From the NCBI GenBank assembly GCA_031285415.1, contig JAITWF010000126.1:1-14097 (forward strand): a stretch of DNA of 14,097 nt, read 5' to 3'. A program made the translations under genes and the position numbers. The notes beneath the pieces were generated by a model, which was not told where the DNA came from, ran no database searches, and was given only the letters and a program-made list of their open reading frames with translations. The stretch comes from Deferribacteraceae bacterium. Its GTDB lineage: Bacteria > Chrysiogenota > Deferribacteres > Deferribacterales > JAISNW01. Positions 1-7,633 of this stretch are shown one piece after another (within the stretch, counting starts at the first letter, position 1; each line of letters begins with the position of its first letter).

Positions 1-1645
1 TGCCCTCTGGGTCTACAGCATGAACAGCGCAAGCTATGCATGGGTCGAAAGAGTGGATTGTACGGATAACTTCCAACGGTTTGTGCTCATCAGCGATAGG
101 GTTGCCAAGTAGAGACGCCTCGTATGGGCTAGCCACGTTAGCAGCGTCTTTAGGGCCTGCATTCCATGTAGATGGAACAACAGCCTGATAGTTAGCAATT
201 TTGCCATCTTCGATAACGATCCAGTGTGATAGGAAACCACGAGGAGCTTCCAACATACCAACGCCTTCGAATCTGCCTTTAGGGAACTCTGTTACGTGGT
301 TAGCGTATGTCTGATCCCCATTAGCGATGTTTGCACACAACATATCGATGCTCTCGATAGCTCTGTCAGCCATGATCGAGCAACGGATCGCTCTTGCAGC
401 ATGACGACCTAGTGTCGAGTGGAGCTGTGCAGGCTTCAACTTAGCAGCAGAAAGTGCGCCGTTCACGAGGCCAACAGTTTTCTGGTCGCCAGCTGTGTAT
501 GCAGCAAGGATCTGTGCCAAAGGTCCAACCTGATAAGGTTTGCCATTATAGCGAGGAGCCTTACACCATGTATACTTGCCATTATCTTCAAAATCAGTGT
601 ACTTAGGCTCTGATTTACCCTTATATGGGTGAAGGTTTGTAGCCTCTGTGTACCATGCGTGAGCAGTGTCCTCTGACATGCCGTTACGGAATGCAGCGTT
701 GTTCCAGTCTTTCAGCTCTGTAAATGCGCCCTCAGTGATCAAGCCGCCTTTATCAAGGAACGCTGAATTTTTGGTATCAGTTGGGAACTCTGGAACTGAC
801 ATATAGTTCGTAACGCCAGCACCGTAGCTAAACCACTCAGGGTAGAAGCTAGCAACTGCAAGAACGTCTGGTATATAAACTTTGTTTACAAACTCTTGAG
901 CTTTCAACACATTCTCTCTAACAAGAGCGATGCGCTCAAAGTTTAGAGTAGCAGGGTTGTCTACATTAATAGCTGTAGCAACACCACCAACGCAAAGGTT
1001 CTGGATGTGTGGCTCTTTACCGCCAAGAACTGCAACAGCTTGAGAAGCCATACGCTGATAGTCAAGTGCTTTTAGGTAGTGAGAGAACGCAATCAGGTTA
1101 ACCTCTGGTGGAAGCTTCATTGCAGGGTGACCCCAGTAAGCGTTGCCGAAGATACCGAGTTTGCCACGCTGTACGAAAGCAGCAAGACGCTCTTTCGCAG
1201 CGGTGAACTCATGCACGTTGTTGCCAGACCAGTCAGAGTAGCCCTGTGCGATCTGTGCAGCTTTTGCAGGATCAGCTTTCAGAGCAGATACTATATCAAC
1301 CCAGTCTAGTGCAGATAGGTGATAGAAGTGAACTATGTGGTCTTGCACGCAGTGTGCAGATGTAATAATGTTACGGATGTACTGAGCGTTAAGAGGGATC
1401 TCAACTTTCAGAGCGTCCTCAACTGCACGTACAGAGGCGAGCGCATGAGTGGTTGTGCAAACGCCGCAGAAGCGTTGTGCGAAAACCCATGCATCACGAG
1501 GGTCTCTGCCTTGCAATATTGTTTCGATACCACGAAACATCTGTGCAGACGACCAAGCTTTTGTTACCTTTCCCCCGCCTACTTCAACGTCTACCCTAAG
1601 GTGACCTTCTATCCTTGTAACTGGATCTACTTTAATTCTAGCCAT
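1..1645 (-). CDS. hybC: [NiFe] hydrogenase large subunit (HybC-like), 3' end truncated by the window edge
   Basis: Minus-strand ATG at 1645 gives MARIKVDPVTRIEGHLR, the canonical large-subunit N-terminus. The L1 motif RDAWVFAQRFCGVCTTTHAL lies around 1440-1500. Translating 100..2 gives ...HSFDPCIACAVH-AVDPEG, the C-terminal DPCxxCxxH Ni-binding motif (Cys, so not a NiFeSe enzyme) plus the start of the protease-cleaved extension. The reading frame is continuous over the whole span. RBS AGGAG lies 7 nt upstream (1652-1656). Confidence 0.93.
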   Translation of the reverse strand, partial: MARIKVDPVTRIEGHLRVDVEVGGGKVTKAWSSAQMFRGIETILQGRDPRDAWVFAQRFCGVCTTTHALASVRAVEDALKVEIPLNAQYIRNIITSAHCVQDHIVHFYHLSALDWVDIVSALKADPAKAAQIAQGYSDWSGNNVHEFTAAKERLAAFVQRGKLGIFGNAYWGHPAMKLPPEVNLIAFSHYLKALDYQRMASQAVAVLGGKEPHIQNLCVGGVATAINVDNPATLNFERIALVRENVLKAQEFVNKVYIPDVLAVASFYPEWFSYGAGVTNYMSVPEFPTDTKNSAFLDKGGLITEGAFTELKDWNNAAFRNGMSEDTAHAWYTEATNLHPYKGKSEPKYTDFEDNGKYTWCKAPRYNGKPYQVGPLAQILAAYTAGDQKTVGLVNGALSAAKLKPAQLHSTLGRHAARAIRCSIMADRAIESIDMLCANIANGDQTYANHVTEFPKGRFEGVGMLEAPRGFLSHWIVIEDGKIANYQAVVPSTWNAGPKDAANVASPYEASLLGNPIADEHKPLEVIRTIHSFDPCIACAVHAVDPEG

Positions 1646-1668
1646 TTATATTCTCCTCGATTATTAAA

Positions 1669-2844
1669 TTAATGCGCCCCTGCTGCGTGTGCTTTCGGCA
1701 GCAGTTTTAGCAATCTTGAAAGTATGATGTATGCCAATACTTCAAGAGCTATAAATCCATATGTAAGCATAAATTCAACTACAGATGGGAAGTATGGATT
1801 CCACTCGTCACCAGGGTTGAAGCCTACAAGGTATACGTTCATACGATACAAGCCGCCGCCGAAGCAGAGCATCATAGCCATAAAGAACGCTTTTCTTGGA
1901 GTCAGTTTCGTTGCAAACATAACTATCGGAATCACTATCAGTGCCGTCTCTATCCAGAACATTGCTGAATGGAAGCCCGATGTGAATAGGTAGCCAATTT
2001 TGCCACCGACTACAAGGCTGATAACACGAATAGCTAGCCAGAATGCGCCAACGAATGGGATGAAGCGAGCGATCTCCAACGCTTCATACTCGTATGGGCG
2101 TTTGAAACCTGCTGACGATAGACCAACTTCAAACTGTACGATAGATAGACCCATAAGTAGGGCGTTCGATACGAACAGAAGTGGTAGAAAGTTTGTCTGC
2201 CAGAGTGGGTGCAGTTTGTATCCAGTGATGATAAATAGCGAGCCAAGGGACGACTGGTGCATAGTAGGCAGAGTCATACCAAGAGCGATGATAAATATCA
2301 GCACTTTGTCGAGTTTAGGAGCTACAAATAGAGCCATGCTTTTAAAGAAGCCGTCTTTAAATGTTGCAAGTTTCTCGAGAACTGCTGGGAGAAACTCGAT
2401 AATAAGGATACAGGTATACGCCATAACGCAGAGCGCAACCTCAAACATGATCGAGTTTGGCTGCCACTGTGATGGAACGAAGAAGTTGTAAACGTTCCAG
2501 TAACGGCCTATATCGATAATAACGGATGTACCAGCAAGGGCATAGCCAAACATACTGGCAACGACCGCAGAGCGGATCATTGGGTGGTATTTCCAACCAT
2601 TTAAGATATAGCAGATAATTGCAAGTGCGTAACCGCCGCAGGCAAATGCTGTACCAATAGAAACGTCATACGCAAGCCATACCCCCCAAGGGTAGCCGTC
2701 GTTAAGATTTGATACTGCGCCGATGCTTGTAACAAAGCGGTAGCCTGCTACTGCAAAGGCAAATGCAACGAGCAACGCAAGCACAACTGTCACAGGTGTG
2801 ATCAGTTTCCCCGGTGCTTGAACATAATCATCATGATGGCTCAT
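1669..2844 (-). CDS. hybB: Hydrogenase-associated integral membrane subunit, NrfD/PsrC family (HybB-like, presumed quinone-interacting)
   Basis: 391 aa, about 10 hydrophobic helices. Motifs GYPWGVW, GTAFACGG, IDIGRYWN and MHQSSLGSL align colinearly with E. coli HybB as I recall it. It shows ATGA start/stop overlap with the upstream hybA (2841-2844). Confidence 0.85.
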   Translation of the reverse strand: MSHHDDYVQAPGKLITPVTVVLALLVAFAFAVAGYRFVTSIGAVSNLNDGYPWGVWLAYDVSIGTAFACGGYALAIICYILNGWKYHPMIRSAVVASMFGYALAGTSVIIDIGRYWNVYNFFVPSQWQPNSIMFEVALCVMAYTCILIIEFLPAVLEKLATFKDGFFKSMALFVAPKLDKVLIFIIALGMTLPTMHQSSLGSLFIITGYKLHPLWQTNFLPLLFVSNALLMGLSIVQFEVGLSSAGFKRPYEYEALEIARFIPFVGAFWLAIRVISLVVGGKIGYLFTSGFHSAMFWIETALIVIPIVMFATKLTPRKAFFMAMMLCFGGGLYRMNVYLVGFNPGDEWNPYFPSVVEFMLTYGFIALEVLAYIILSRLLKLLPKAHAAGAH

Positions 2845-3776
2845 GCGTGACCTCCTTTGTGATCATTATTCCTCTCGTCCTTGTCACGCTTAAACTGATG
2901 TTTCAGAGCGATCGCACATAGTGTGACATATAGAGCGGCAGGAGCTGCCATCCATTTGTATATTGTGTGCTGAATAGTTTCAGACTCTGTAGCATACGAG
3001 TAGTCAGGAAGAGTTGGCATGCCAAGTTTTTCAAAGTCAACTTTAGCTATGTATATAACGTTTGTGCCGCCATATTCATGCTCGCCGTAGACTTTATCTT
3101 GGAAGTAGTAGCCAGGCTTCTCTGCGATTCTACGTTTTGCTTCCGCCATAAGGTCGGTGCGTTTGCCGTAGATAACAGCTTTAACAGGGCAAGTTTCAAC
3201 GCAAGATGGCATACCTTTTGTTTTAAGGTTTGTCTCTCTGCAAAGCTCGCATTTAACGATTTTTGGGAATGTTTCATGCCATTCCCAAGATGGAACGTTG
3301 AATGGGCAAGCCATCTGGCAGTAGCGGCAACCGATACAGATCCCTTTATCGTACTCAACGATACCGGTCTCTGGGTTTTTTGTCATCGCTTTTACAGGGC
3401 ATGCAGATACGCAACCAGGTGCGTTACAGTGCATACACTGACGTTTGATGAATGCATACTCTGATTTATTTTCAGGGTTCTGATACATCTTAATAATATT
3501 TTTCGTACGATAATCAAGCTCTTGTACGTTCGCCCATCTTACTTCAGCGGTATCTGCAGGTGCAAGAGAGACGGTATCGTCTAGATTAAAGTTTGAATTA
3601 CGGCAAGCAGTAACACACGCCTGACAGCCCACGCAAAGTGAGGAATCGTATAGCATTCCTACTTCGTCTGGACCGAAAGTTATGGCTTTGCTCGCATGAG
3701 CCGCAACAGGGGAGAGCGCAAGAGCCCCCGCACCGATAGCGGCAGCTTTCATAAAGCCGCGTCTTGTACTTTTCAT
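2841..3776 (-). CDS. hybA: Periplasmic 4x[4Fe-4S] ferredoxin-like electron-transfer subunit with Tat signal and C-terminal membrane anchor (HybA-like)
   Basis: The N-terminus MKSTRRGFMKAAAIGAGALALSPVAAHA is a twin-arginine signal. There are four Cys clusters (CVGCQACVTAC, CMHCNAPGCVSACP, CIGCRYCQMACP, CELC...CVETCP). A hydrophobic C-terminal helix (AAPAALYVTLCAIAL) is present. AGGAG RBS lies 9 nt upstream. Strong colinear similarity to E. coli HybA as I recall it. Confidence 0.9.
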   Translation of the reverse strand: MKSTRRGFMKAAAIGAGALALSPVAAHASKAITFGPDEVGMLYDSSLCVGCQACVTACRNSNFNLDDTVSLAPADTAEVRWANVQELDYRTKNIIKMYQNPENKSEYAFIKRQCMHCNAPGCVSACPVKAMTKNPETGIVEYDKGICIGCRYCQMACPFNVPSWEWHETFPKIVKCELCRETNLKTKGMPSCVETCPVKAVIYGKRTDLMAEAKRRIAEKPGYYFQDKVYGEHEYGGTNVIYIAKVDFEKLGMPTLPDYSYATESETIQHTIYKWMAAPAALYVTLCAIALKHQFKRDKDERNNDHKGGHA

Positions 3777-3781
3777 GTGCC

Positions 3782-4858
3782 TTACTCCTTAGGTAATGTT
3801 GAGCCTTTGCCGGCTGCAAATCCTAGAGCCGCACCAGCGATTGCGCCAACGCCCAACGCAGAGATTGCGCTAACTGGTTTGCCAGAAGGGGTAACCTTGG
3901 TTGGTGGGAACCAAGCTGGAGATGTAGGATCGATTATGTCTACTTTATCAAAGATAGATGTGTTGAACACAAGTCTCTCTGTGCAACCAACGCAAGGGTG
4001 ACCGATAGAAACAGGCCATGCCACGTTGTCGTTGAAGCGAAGTGTAGAGCAGTTTGCATATGTAGCTGGGCCTTTGCAGCCGAGTTCATAGAGGCAGTAG
4101 CCAAGTGCGTGGCCTTCGTCGCCGAAATCTTTCGCAAAACGACCTGCGTCGAAGTGTGGACGACGCTCGCAATGCTCGTGGATTCTACGTCCGTATGCAA
4201 ATAGAGGTCTGTTCTCTGCATCCATCTCTGGGAGCTTGCCCATTGTGAGGAAGTAGAGGATAGTAGCGATTAGGTTGTATGGGCTAGGAGGGCAACCTGG
4301 TAGGTTGATAAGAGGTCTGTCCTCAACTAGTGATGAAACGCTAACAGCGCCAGTAGGGTTTGGTGCAGCTGCCTGAACGCCACCTAGAGACGCACATGTA
4401 CCCATGCTGATTACAGCGAATGCGCCATCTGCTGCAACTCTAAGAGAGTCAACAGCCTTTGTACCGCCAACCTGGCAGTAGATACCGTTCTCTGCGAGAG
4501 GTACTGCACCTTCGCAAACAAGGATATACTTGCCTTTGTGCGCTACGATAGCGTCGTGTAGGGCTTTTTCAGCCTGCTCACCAGAACCAACCATAAGTGT
4601 CTCATGATACTCAAGATTGATAACATCCAAAAGAAGGTTCCCTAAGCCAGGGTGGCTTGAACGTAAAAGTGACTCAGAACAACCAGTGCACTCCTGAAAA
4701 TGGAGCCAAATCACTGGAGGTCTATTGTCGGATTCAGCCGCCGCAGCTACTTTTGGAATCATTGTTGCGGGTAATCCCATAACTGCAGTAACTGCCGTGA
4801 TTGCTTTCATAAAATCGCGGCGCGAGAAATCTGCCCCAAACAAGCTAGCATCTAACAT
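3782..4858 (-). CDS. hybO: [NiFe] hydrogenase small subunit with Tat signal peptide and C-terminal transmembrane anchor (HybO-like)
   Basis: The ORF track gives 3782..4936. The ATG at 4858 is preferred because it yields MLDASLFGADFSRRDFMKAITAVTAVMGLPATMIPKVAAA, a typical Tat leader with RR at residues 13-14. GGGGGA lies 5 nt upstream of it. The upstream ATG at 4936 sits inside a TATAAT hexamer. The mature protein carries RPPVIWLHFQECTGC (proximal-cluster Cys motif), GxCxxxGG and GCPP motifs, and a C-terminal hydrophobic helix SAISALGVGAIAGAALGFAAG. Confidence 0.88.
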   Translation of the reverse strand: MLDASLFGADFSRRDFMKAITAVTAVMGLPATMIPKVAAAAESDNRPPVIWLHFQECTGCSESLLRSSHPGLGNLLLDVINLEYHETLMVGSGEQAEKALHDAIVAHKGKYILVCEGAVPLAENGIYCQVGGTKAVDSLRVAADGAFAVISMGTCASLGGVQAAAPNPTGAVSVSSLVEDRPLINLPGCPPSPYNLIATILYFLTMGKLPEMDAENRPLFAYGRRIHEHCERRPHFDAGRFAKDFGDEGHALGYCLYELGCKGPATYANCSTLRFNDNVAWPVSIGHPCVGCTERLVFNTSIFDKVDIIDPTSPAWFPPTKVTPSGKPVSAISALGVGAIAGAALGFAAGKGSTLPKE

Positions 4859-4934
4859 TTTTTCCCCCAAAAGTGTTTCCGCCCAATAAGCTCGAAAAGA
4901 TAGACTCCAAGCGCAGTTGCAGGGCATAACACTC

Positions 4935-4940
4935 ATTATA
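4935..4940 (-). promoter_or_regulatory. Candidate -10 hexamer (TATAAT on the minus strand) of the hydrogenase operon promoter
   Basis: A perfect TATAAT on the minus strand sits about 80 nt upstream of the preferred hybO start (4858). The only -35-like hexamer (TTTACA) is at a 12-nt spacer, so the promoter may depend on an activator. The region is AT-rich. Confidence 0.25.
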
Positions 4941-5132
4941 TTGAACCGAGTTTGTAAAGTTTTCGGTTAATCCGAACTATACCATGTTTTTTACAAAATA
5001 CAACCTAAAATTTGCTGTCCGGTTAGTTTACCCCCTGGTCTGGCAAATGTTTCGAAGTTTGTACTATTCAAAAAGATACCAAATTGGTCTTTTTTAAGTT
5101 TGTTATAGTATATAGATTTCAGAGTGTTAATT

Positions 5133-5262
5133 ATAACCCCTCCCCCTTGGGGGGAGGGTGGCACGCAGTGTCGGGAGAGGGGATAGTTTTGAAAATATAT
5201 TATTTGATAATAAATTACAGATAACCCCTCTCCCTTGATCCCTCCCCCCAAGGGGGAGGGGA
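5133..5262. repeat. Cluster of C-run/G-run palindromic elements: two near-identical CCCTCCCCC-loop-GGGGGAGGG stem-loops plus a long-range inverted repeat GGGAGAGGGG/CCCCTCTCCC
   Basis: The stem 5138-5146 / 5150-5158 is 9 bp with loop TTG. The stem 5240-5248 / 5252-5260 is 9-10 bp with loop CAA. Both are preceded by ATAACCCCTC (5133-5142 and 5221-5230). 5173-5182 GGGAGAGGGG is the exact reverse complement of 5225-5234 CCCCTCTCCC, separated by a 42-nt AT-rich spacer. Confidence 0.7.
5138..5158 (-). terminator. Possible intrinsic terminator of the lepA-uppS-ferredoxin operon (distal GC hairpin followed by TTATAATTAA on the minus strand)
   Basis: On the minus strand the 9-bp GC stem is followed by TTATAATTAAC. 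The proximal hairpin (5240-5260) begins 17 nt after the ferredoxin stop codon but lacks a U-tract. Confidence 0.35.
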
Positions 5263-5277
5263 AGAGTAAGTTGTCAG

Positions 5278-6354
5278 CTACTTCTCAAACTTTAATAGAT
5301 CGTCGAATAGCTCTTTGAGGTTTAATGTTTTACTAGGCACTATATATCCGTAGTAGCACGATATGCGGCACATTCCGCACGATGTGCAGTTGGATGGGTT
5401 GAATAGGATCTGTTTGTCATCTTCGCTCATATGGAATGCGCCTGTAGGACACATCCGTGTGCAAACTTTGCATAGAACGCAATCTGTAGCAATCTCAAAA
5501 TTATAAAAGTATGCGCCGATACGGATCTCATCCTTTAGAAGTTTGCCGCACGAAAGGAGTGACTCGATAAGTAGTTTGCGCTTGGCTGGCACCTCCTTAG
5601 TGGTGCGAGCGGTGGTGCGAGTTGGTAGCTCTTGCGGCGTTAGCAGTGCAGCGCTCTTCACTAAGGTATCGGCGGCGTTATCTCTAAAGAAACCGAACAT
5701 TCCTCTGCGGTCTACCGTTTGCGCCATCTTAAGAGCTTTCTCCTCCTTCGGATCGGGGGCTGAAATCGGGAACTGTTTTGGAAATTTTATAGTGATACTG
5801 CTCTGCTCGTGCGTAATCTGTACGCCATCGAGATATTCAAAGTATGTAGAGAGCTTTTTTAGCTCCTCTATCTCATCAGTAACGATATCTCTGCCATATT
5901 TAGAGGCACAGGCAGTACAATCGGGCGTTTCAATTATAATCTTGCTAGCACCATGGGTGTATAGATATAGAAGATCGGGAAGCCCTATTATTCCTAGGCA
6001 CTCCATCATGGCAGCGTCGGATTTGCTCACCTTACAGCTAAGTTTAAGCTCCCCTTCGGGGGTGATCTTCCCTAGATATTCCTTTAAAAAGTTCTCATAC
6101 TCCATCTCTCGTATGTTGAAAACGCCTGTGGGGCAGATGTTAACGCAGATACCGCAGTATGTGCAACTATCCCAATCGATATTGACGGTGCTCCCTACGT
6201 CGCCCACCTTTATTGCGCCTGTAGGACAGTTGGTTTCGCATAGGTTGCATTTGGAGAGCTTGTGGCACATCTTATTGCACCGCTCGGGGCGCACCCCTAC
6301 GGCTTGACTCATCCCCACAAGCACGGAGTTGGCTAGGTTGAACTTACCGAACAT
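5278..6354 (-). CDS. Cytoplasmic polyferredoxin: N-terminal and C-terminal 2x[4Fe-4S] ferredoxin domains flanking a ~180-aa middle region of unknown function
   Basis: 358 aa with no signal peptide. Motifs are CNKMCHKLSKCNLCETNCP (atypical spacing), CTYCGICVNICP, CVLCKVCTRMCP and CTSCGMCRISCYYG, plus a CTAC pair in the middle region. The start overlaps the uppS stop by 11 nt. An alternative start is the ATG at 6312 (MSQAVGVRPERC...). Neither start has a strong SD. Confidence 0.75.
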   Translation of the reverse strand: MFGKFNLANSVLVGMSQAVGVRPERCNKMCHKLSKCNLCETNCPTGAIKVGDVGSTVNIDWDSCTYCGICVNICPTGVFNIREMEYENFLKEYLGKITPEGELKLSCKVSKSDAAMMECLGIIGLPDLLYLYTHGASKIIIETPDCTACASKYGRDIVTDEIEELKKLSTYFEYLDGVQITHEQSSITIKFPKQFPISAPDPKEEKALKMAQTVDRRGMFGFFRDNAADTLVKSAALLTPQELPTRTTARTTKEVPAKRKLLIESLLSCGKLLKDEIRIGAYFYNFEIATDCVLCKVCTRMCPTGAFHMSEDDKQILFNPSNCTSCGMCRISCYYGYIVPSKTLNLKELFDDLLKFEK

Positions 6355-7030
6355 CTATCTGCTCATCTGTTTTGCCGAAGCGACGTTGGCGATTATTAAA
6401 GCTCTCTATAGCAAGCTTTAAATCGGTGTCGCCGAAATCTGGCCAGAGTGTTTCGGTGAAGTACATCTCGGCATATGCAAGCTGCCAGAGCATAAAGTTT
6501 GATATGCGCAGCTCGCCCCCTGTGCGGATCAGCAGATCCACATCGGATAGCTCTGGATGATATAGATACTTTGCAAAGCTCTCCTCTGTAAAGTCGTCGC
6601 CACTTTCAGCCAATCGTTTCGCCGCCTGCACGATCTCGTCTCTGCCGCCGTAATCGAGCGCAATATTCAGGATCATTCCTGTATTATCAGCCGATTCAGC
6701 CATAACGGTCTCTAACGCTCTCCTTCCAGATGTTGGGATACGATCGAGTCTACCAGAGACGATAAGCTTTACATTGTTTTTGATAAGCTCTCTCGCCTCT
6801 TTGGTGATATAATCCTCTAGAAGTTTCATCAGAAAGCTGACCTCGTCCTGTGGGCGAAGCCAGTTCTCTGTGGAGAAGGCGAATAGGCTTAATATATCGA
6901 CTCCAGCGTTATCGGCAGCTCGCACGATACGAGTGACCGATTTGACACCCTCACGATGTCCCATAACTCTGGAGAGACTGCGACGCTTCGCCCACTCGCC
7001 GTTGCGATCCATTATGATTGCAATGTGCAT
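6344..7030 (-). CDS. uppS: Undecaprenyl-diphosphate synthase (cis-prenyltransferase)
   Basis: HIAIIMDRNGEWAK...FAFSTENWLRP...RTGGELRISNFMLWQ...RRFG matches the conserved UppS blocks. The ATG immediately follows the frr stop (TAAATG, same frame). The purine-rich stretch AAAGAG lies upstream. Confidence 0.9.
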   Translation of the reverse strand: MHIAIIMDRNGEWAKRRSLSRVMGHREGVKSVTRIVRAADNAGVDILSLFAFSTENWLRPQDEVSFLMKLLEDYITKEARELIKNNVKLIVSGRLDRIPTSGRRALETVMAESADNTGMILNIALDYGGRDEIVQAAKRLAESGDDFTEESFAKYLYHPELSDVDLLIRTGGELRISNFMLWQLAYAEMYFTETLWPDFGDTDLKLAIESFNNRQRRFGKTDEQIDVR

Positions 7031-7588
7031 CTATATTTCCATTAACTCTTTCTCTTTAACTGCGGTGATCTCGTCTAACGATTTGATCTGTGCGTCGGTG
7101 ATCTTCTGGATCTCATCGACTGCACGTTTTGATTCATCTTCAGAGATCGCTTTATCCTTCTCTAGCTTCTTAACTTTATCATTTGCGTCACGACGTTCGT
7201 TGCGTACGGCGATCTTTGTATCTTCGCACATCTTTTTGACTACCTTTACGAGATCTTTACGACGCTCTTCGGTAAGTCTCGGTATCGGAATGCGCACTAG
7301 TTTACCGTCATTCGATGGGTTCAGACCTAATCCGCCGTTTAATATGGCCTTTTCGATAGCAGGGATCAGTGAAGAGTCCCACGGCTGTACTGTTACCATA
7401 TGAGCGTCTGCCACATGTAGCGTGCCAACGCCAGCTAGTGGGGTTGGTGTGCCATACGCCTCTACCCTGATATTATCAAAGATCGATGTGCTGGCACGCC
7501 CAGAGCGTACAGCTTTTAGTTCGCCTTTGAAGTGCTGGATTGTTTTATCCATCTTCTCTTTCATCTCGTTGATAGTTGTTTTAGACAT
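7031..7588 (-). CDS. frr: Ribosome recycling factor
   Basis: The ORF track gives 7031..7630. The internal ATG at 7588 is preferred because AGGAG lies 8 nt upstream and it gives the typical ~185-aa RRF (MSKTTINEMKEKMDKT...). Conserved blocks GTPTPL, VRIPIPRLTEERRKDL and VRNERRDANDK are present. Confidence 0.92.
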   Translation of the reverse strand: MSKTTINEMKEKMDKTIQHFKGELKAVRSGRASTSIFDNIRVEAYGTPTPLAGVGTLHVADAHMVTVQPWDSSLIPAIEKAILNGGLGLNPSNDGKLVRIPIPRLTEERRKDLVKVVKKMCEDTKIAVRNERRDANDKVKKLEKDKAISEDESKRAVDEIQKITDAQIKSLDEITAVKEKELMEI

Positions 7589-7633
7589 GTTTATATTCTC
7601 CTGATTGATTGCATTTATGTACCTAATCACGTC

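Noticed and set aside
1079-1672. Plus-strand ORFs of 76 aa and 117 aa near the large-subunit 5' end
   Set aside because: Antisense to hybC, whose frame is continuous and motif-verified.
2000-3464. Plus-strand ORFs of 163 aa and 165 aa (2000..2491 and 2967..3464)
   Set aside because: Antisense to hybB and hybA respectively, whose identities are secure. No start signals.
4934-4936. ATG at 4936 as the small-subunit start (ORF-track start)
   Set aside because: It lies inside the TATAAT hexamer and gives an atypically long, Cys/Trp-rich pre-RR region. The ATG at 4858 fits Tat-leader conventions and has a better RBS.
5157-5172. TGGCACG-N4-GTCG resembling a sigma-54 -24/-12 element
   Set aside because: The -12 part does not match TTGC(A/T). 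The spacing is off by one. It is on the plus strand with no downstream plus-strand gene.
5149-5182. Possible G-quadruplex from the GGGGGGAGGG...GGGAGAGGGG runs
   Set aside because: The G-tracts are separated by a 15-nt loop, and the same bases are more simply explained as arms of the C/G palindromes.
4991-5251. 86-aa minus-strand ORF in the hydrogenase/ferredoxin intergenic gap
   Set aside because: Its translation (PQGGGVIINTL..., poly-G/P) is simply a read-through of the C/G-run palindromes. There is no RBS, and it spans the predicted terminator hairpins.
5543-6307. 254-aa plus-strand ORF
   Set aside because: Entirely antisense to the polyferredoxin gene. Ser/Leu/Arg-rich low-complexity translation typical of the wrong strand of a GC-balanced coding region. 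No RBS.
6870-7403. 177-aa plus-strand ORF
   Set aside because: Antisense across the uppS/frr junction. Low-complexity Ser-rich translation.
7589-7630. Extended frr start at 7630 (199-aa version)
   Set aside because: There is no RBS. The ATG at 7588 has AGGAG at 8-nt spacing and gives the canonical RRF length.
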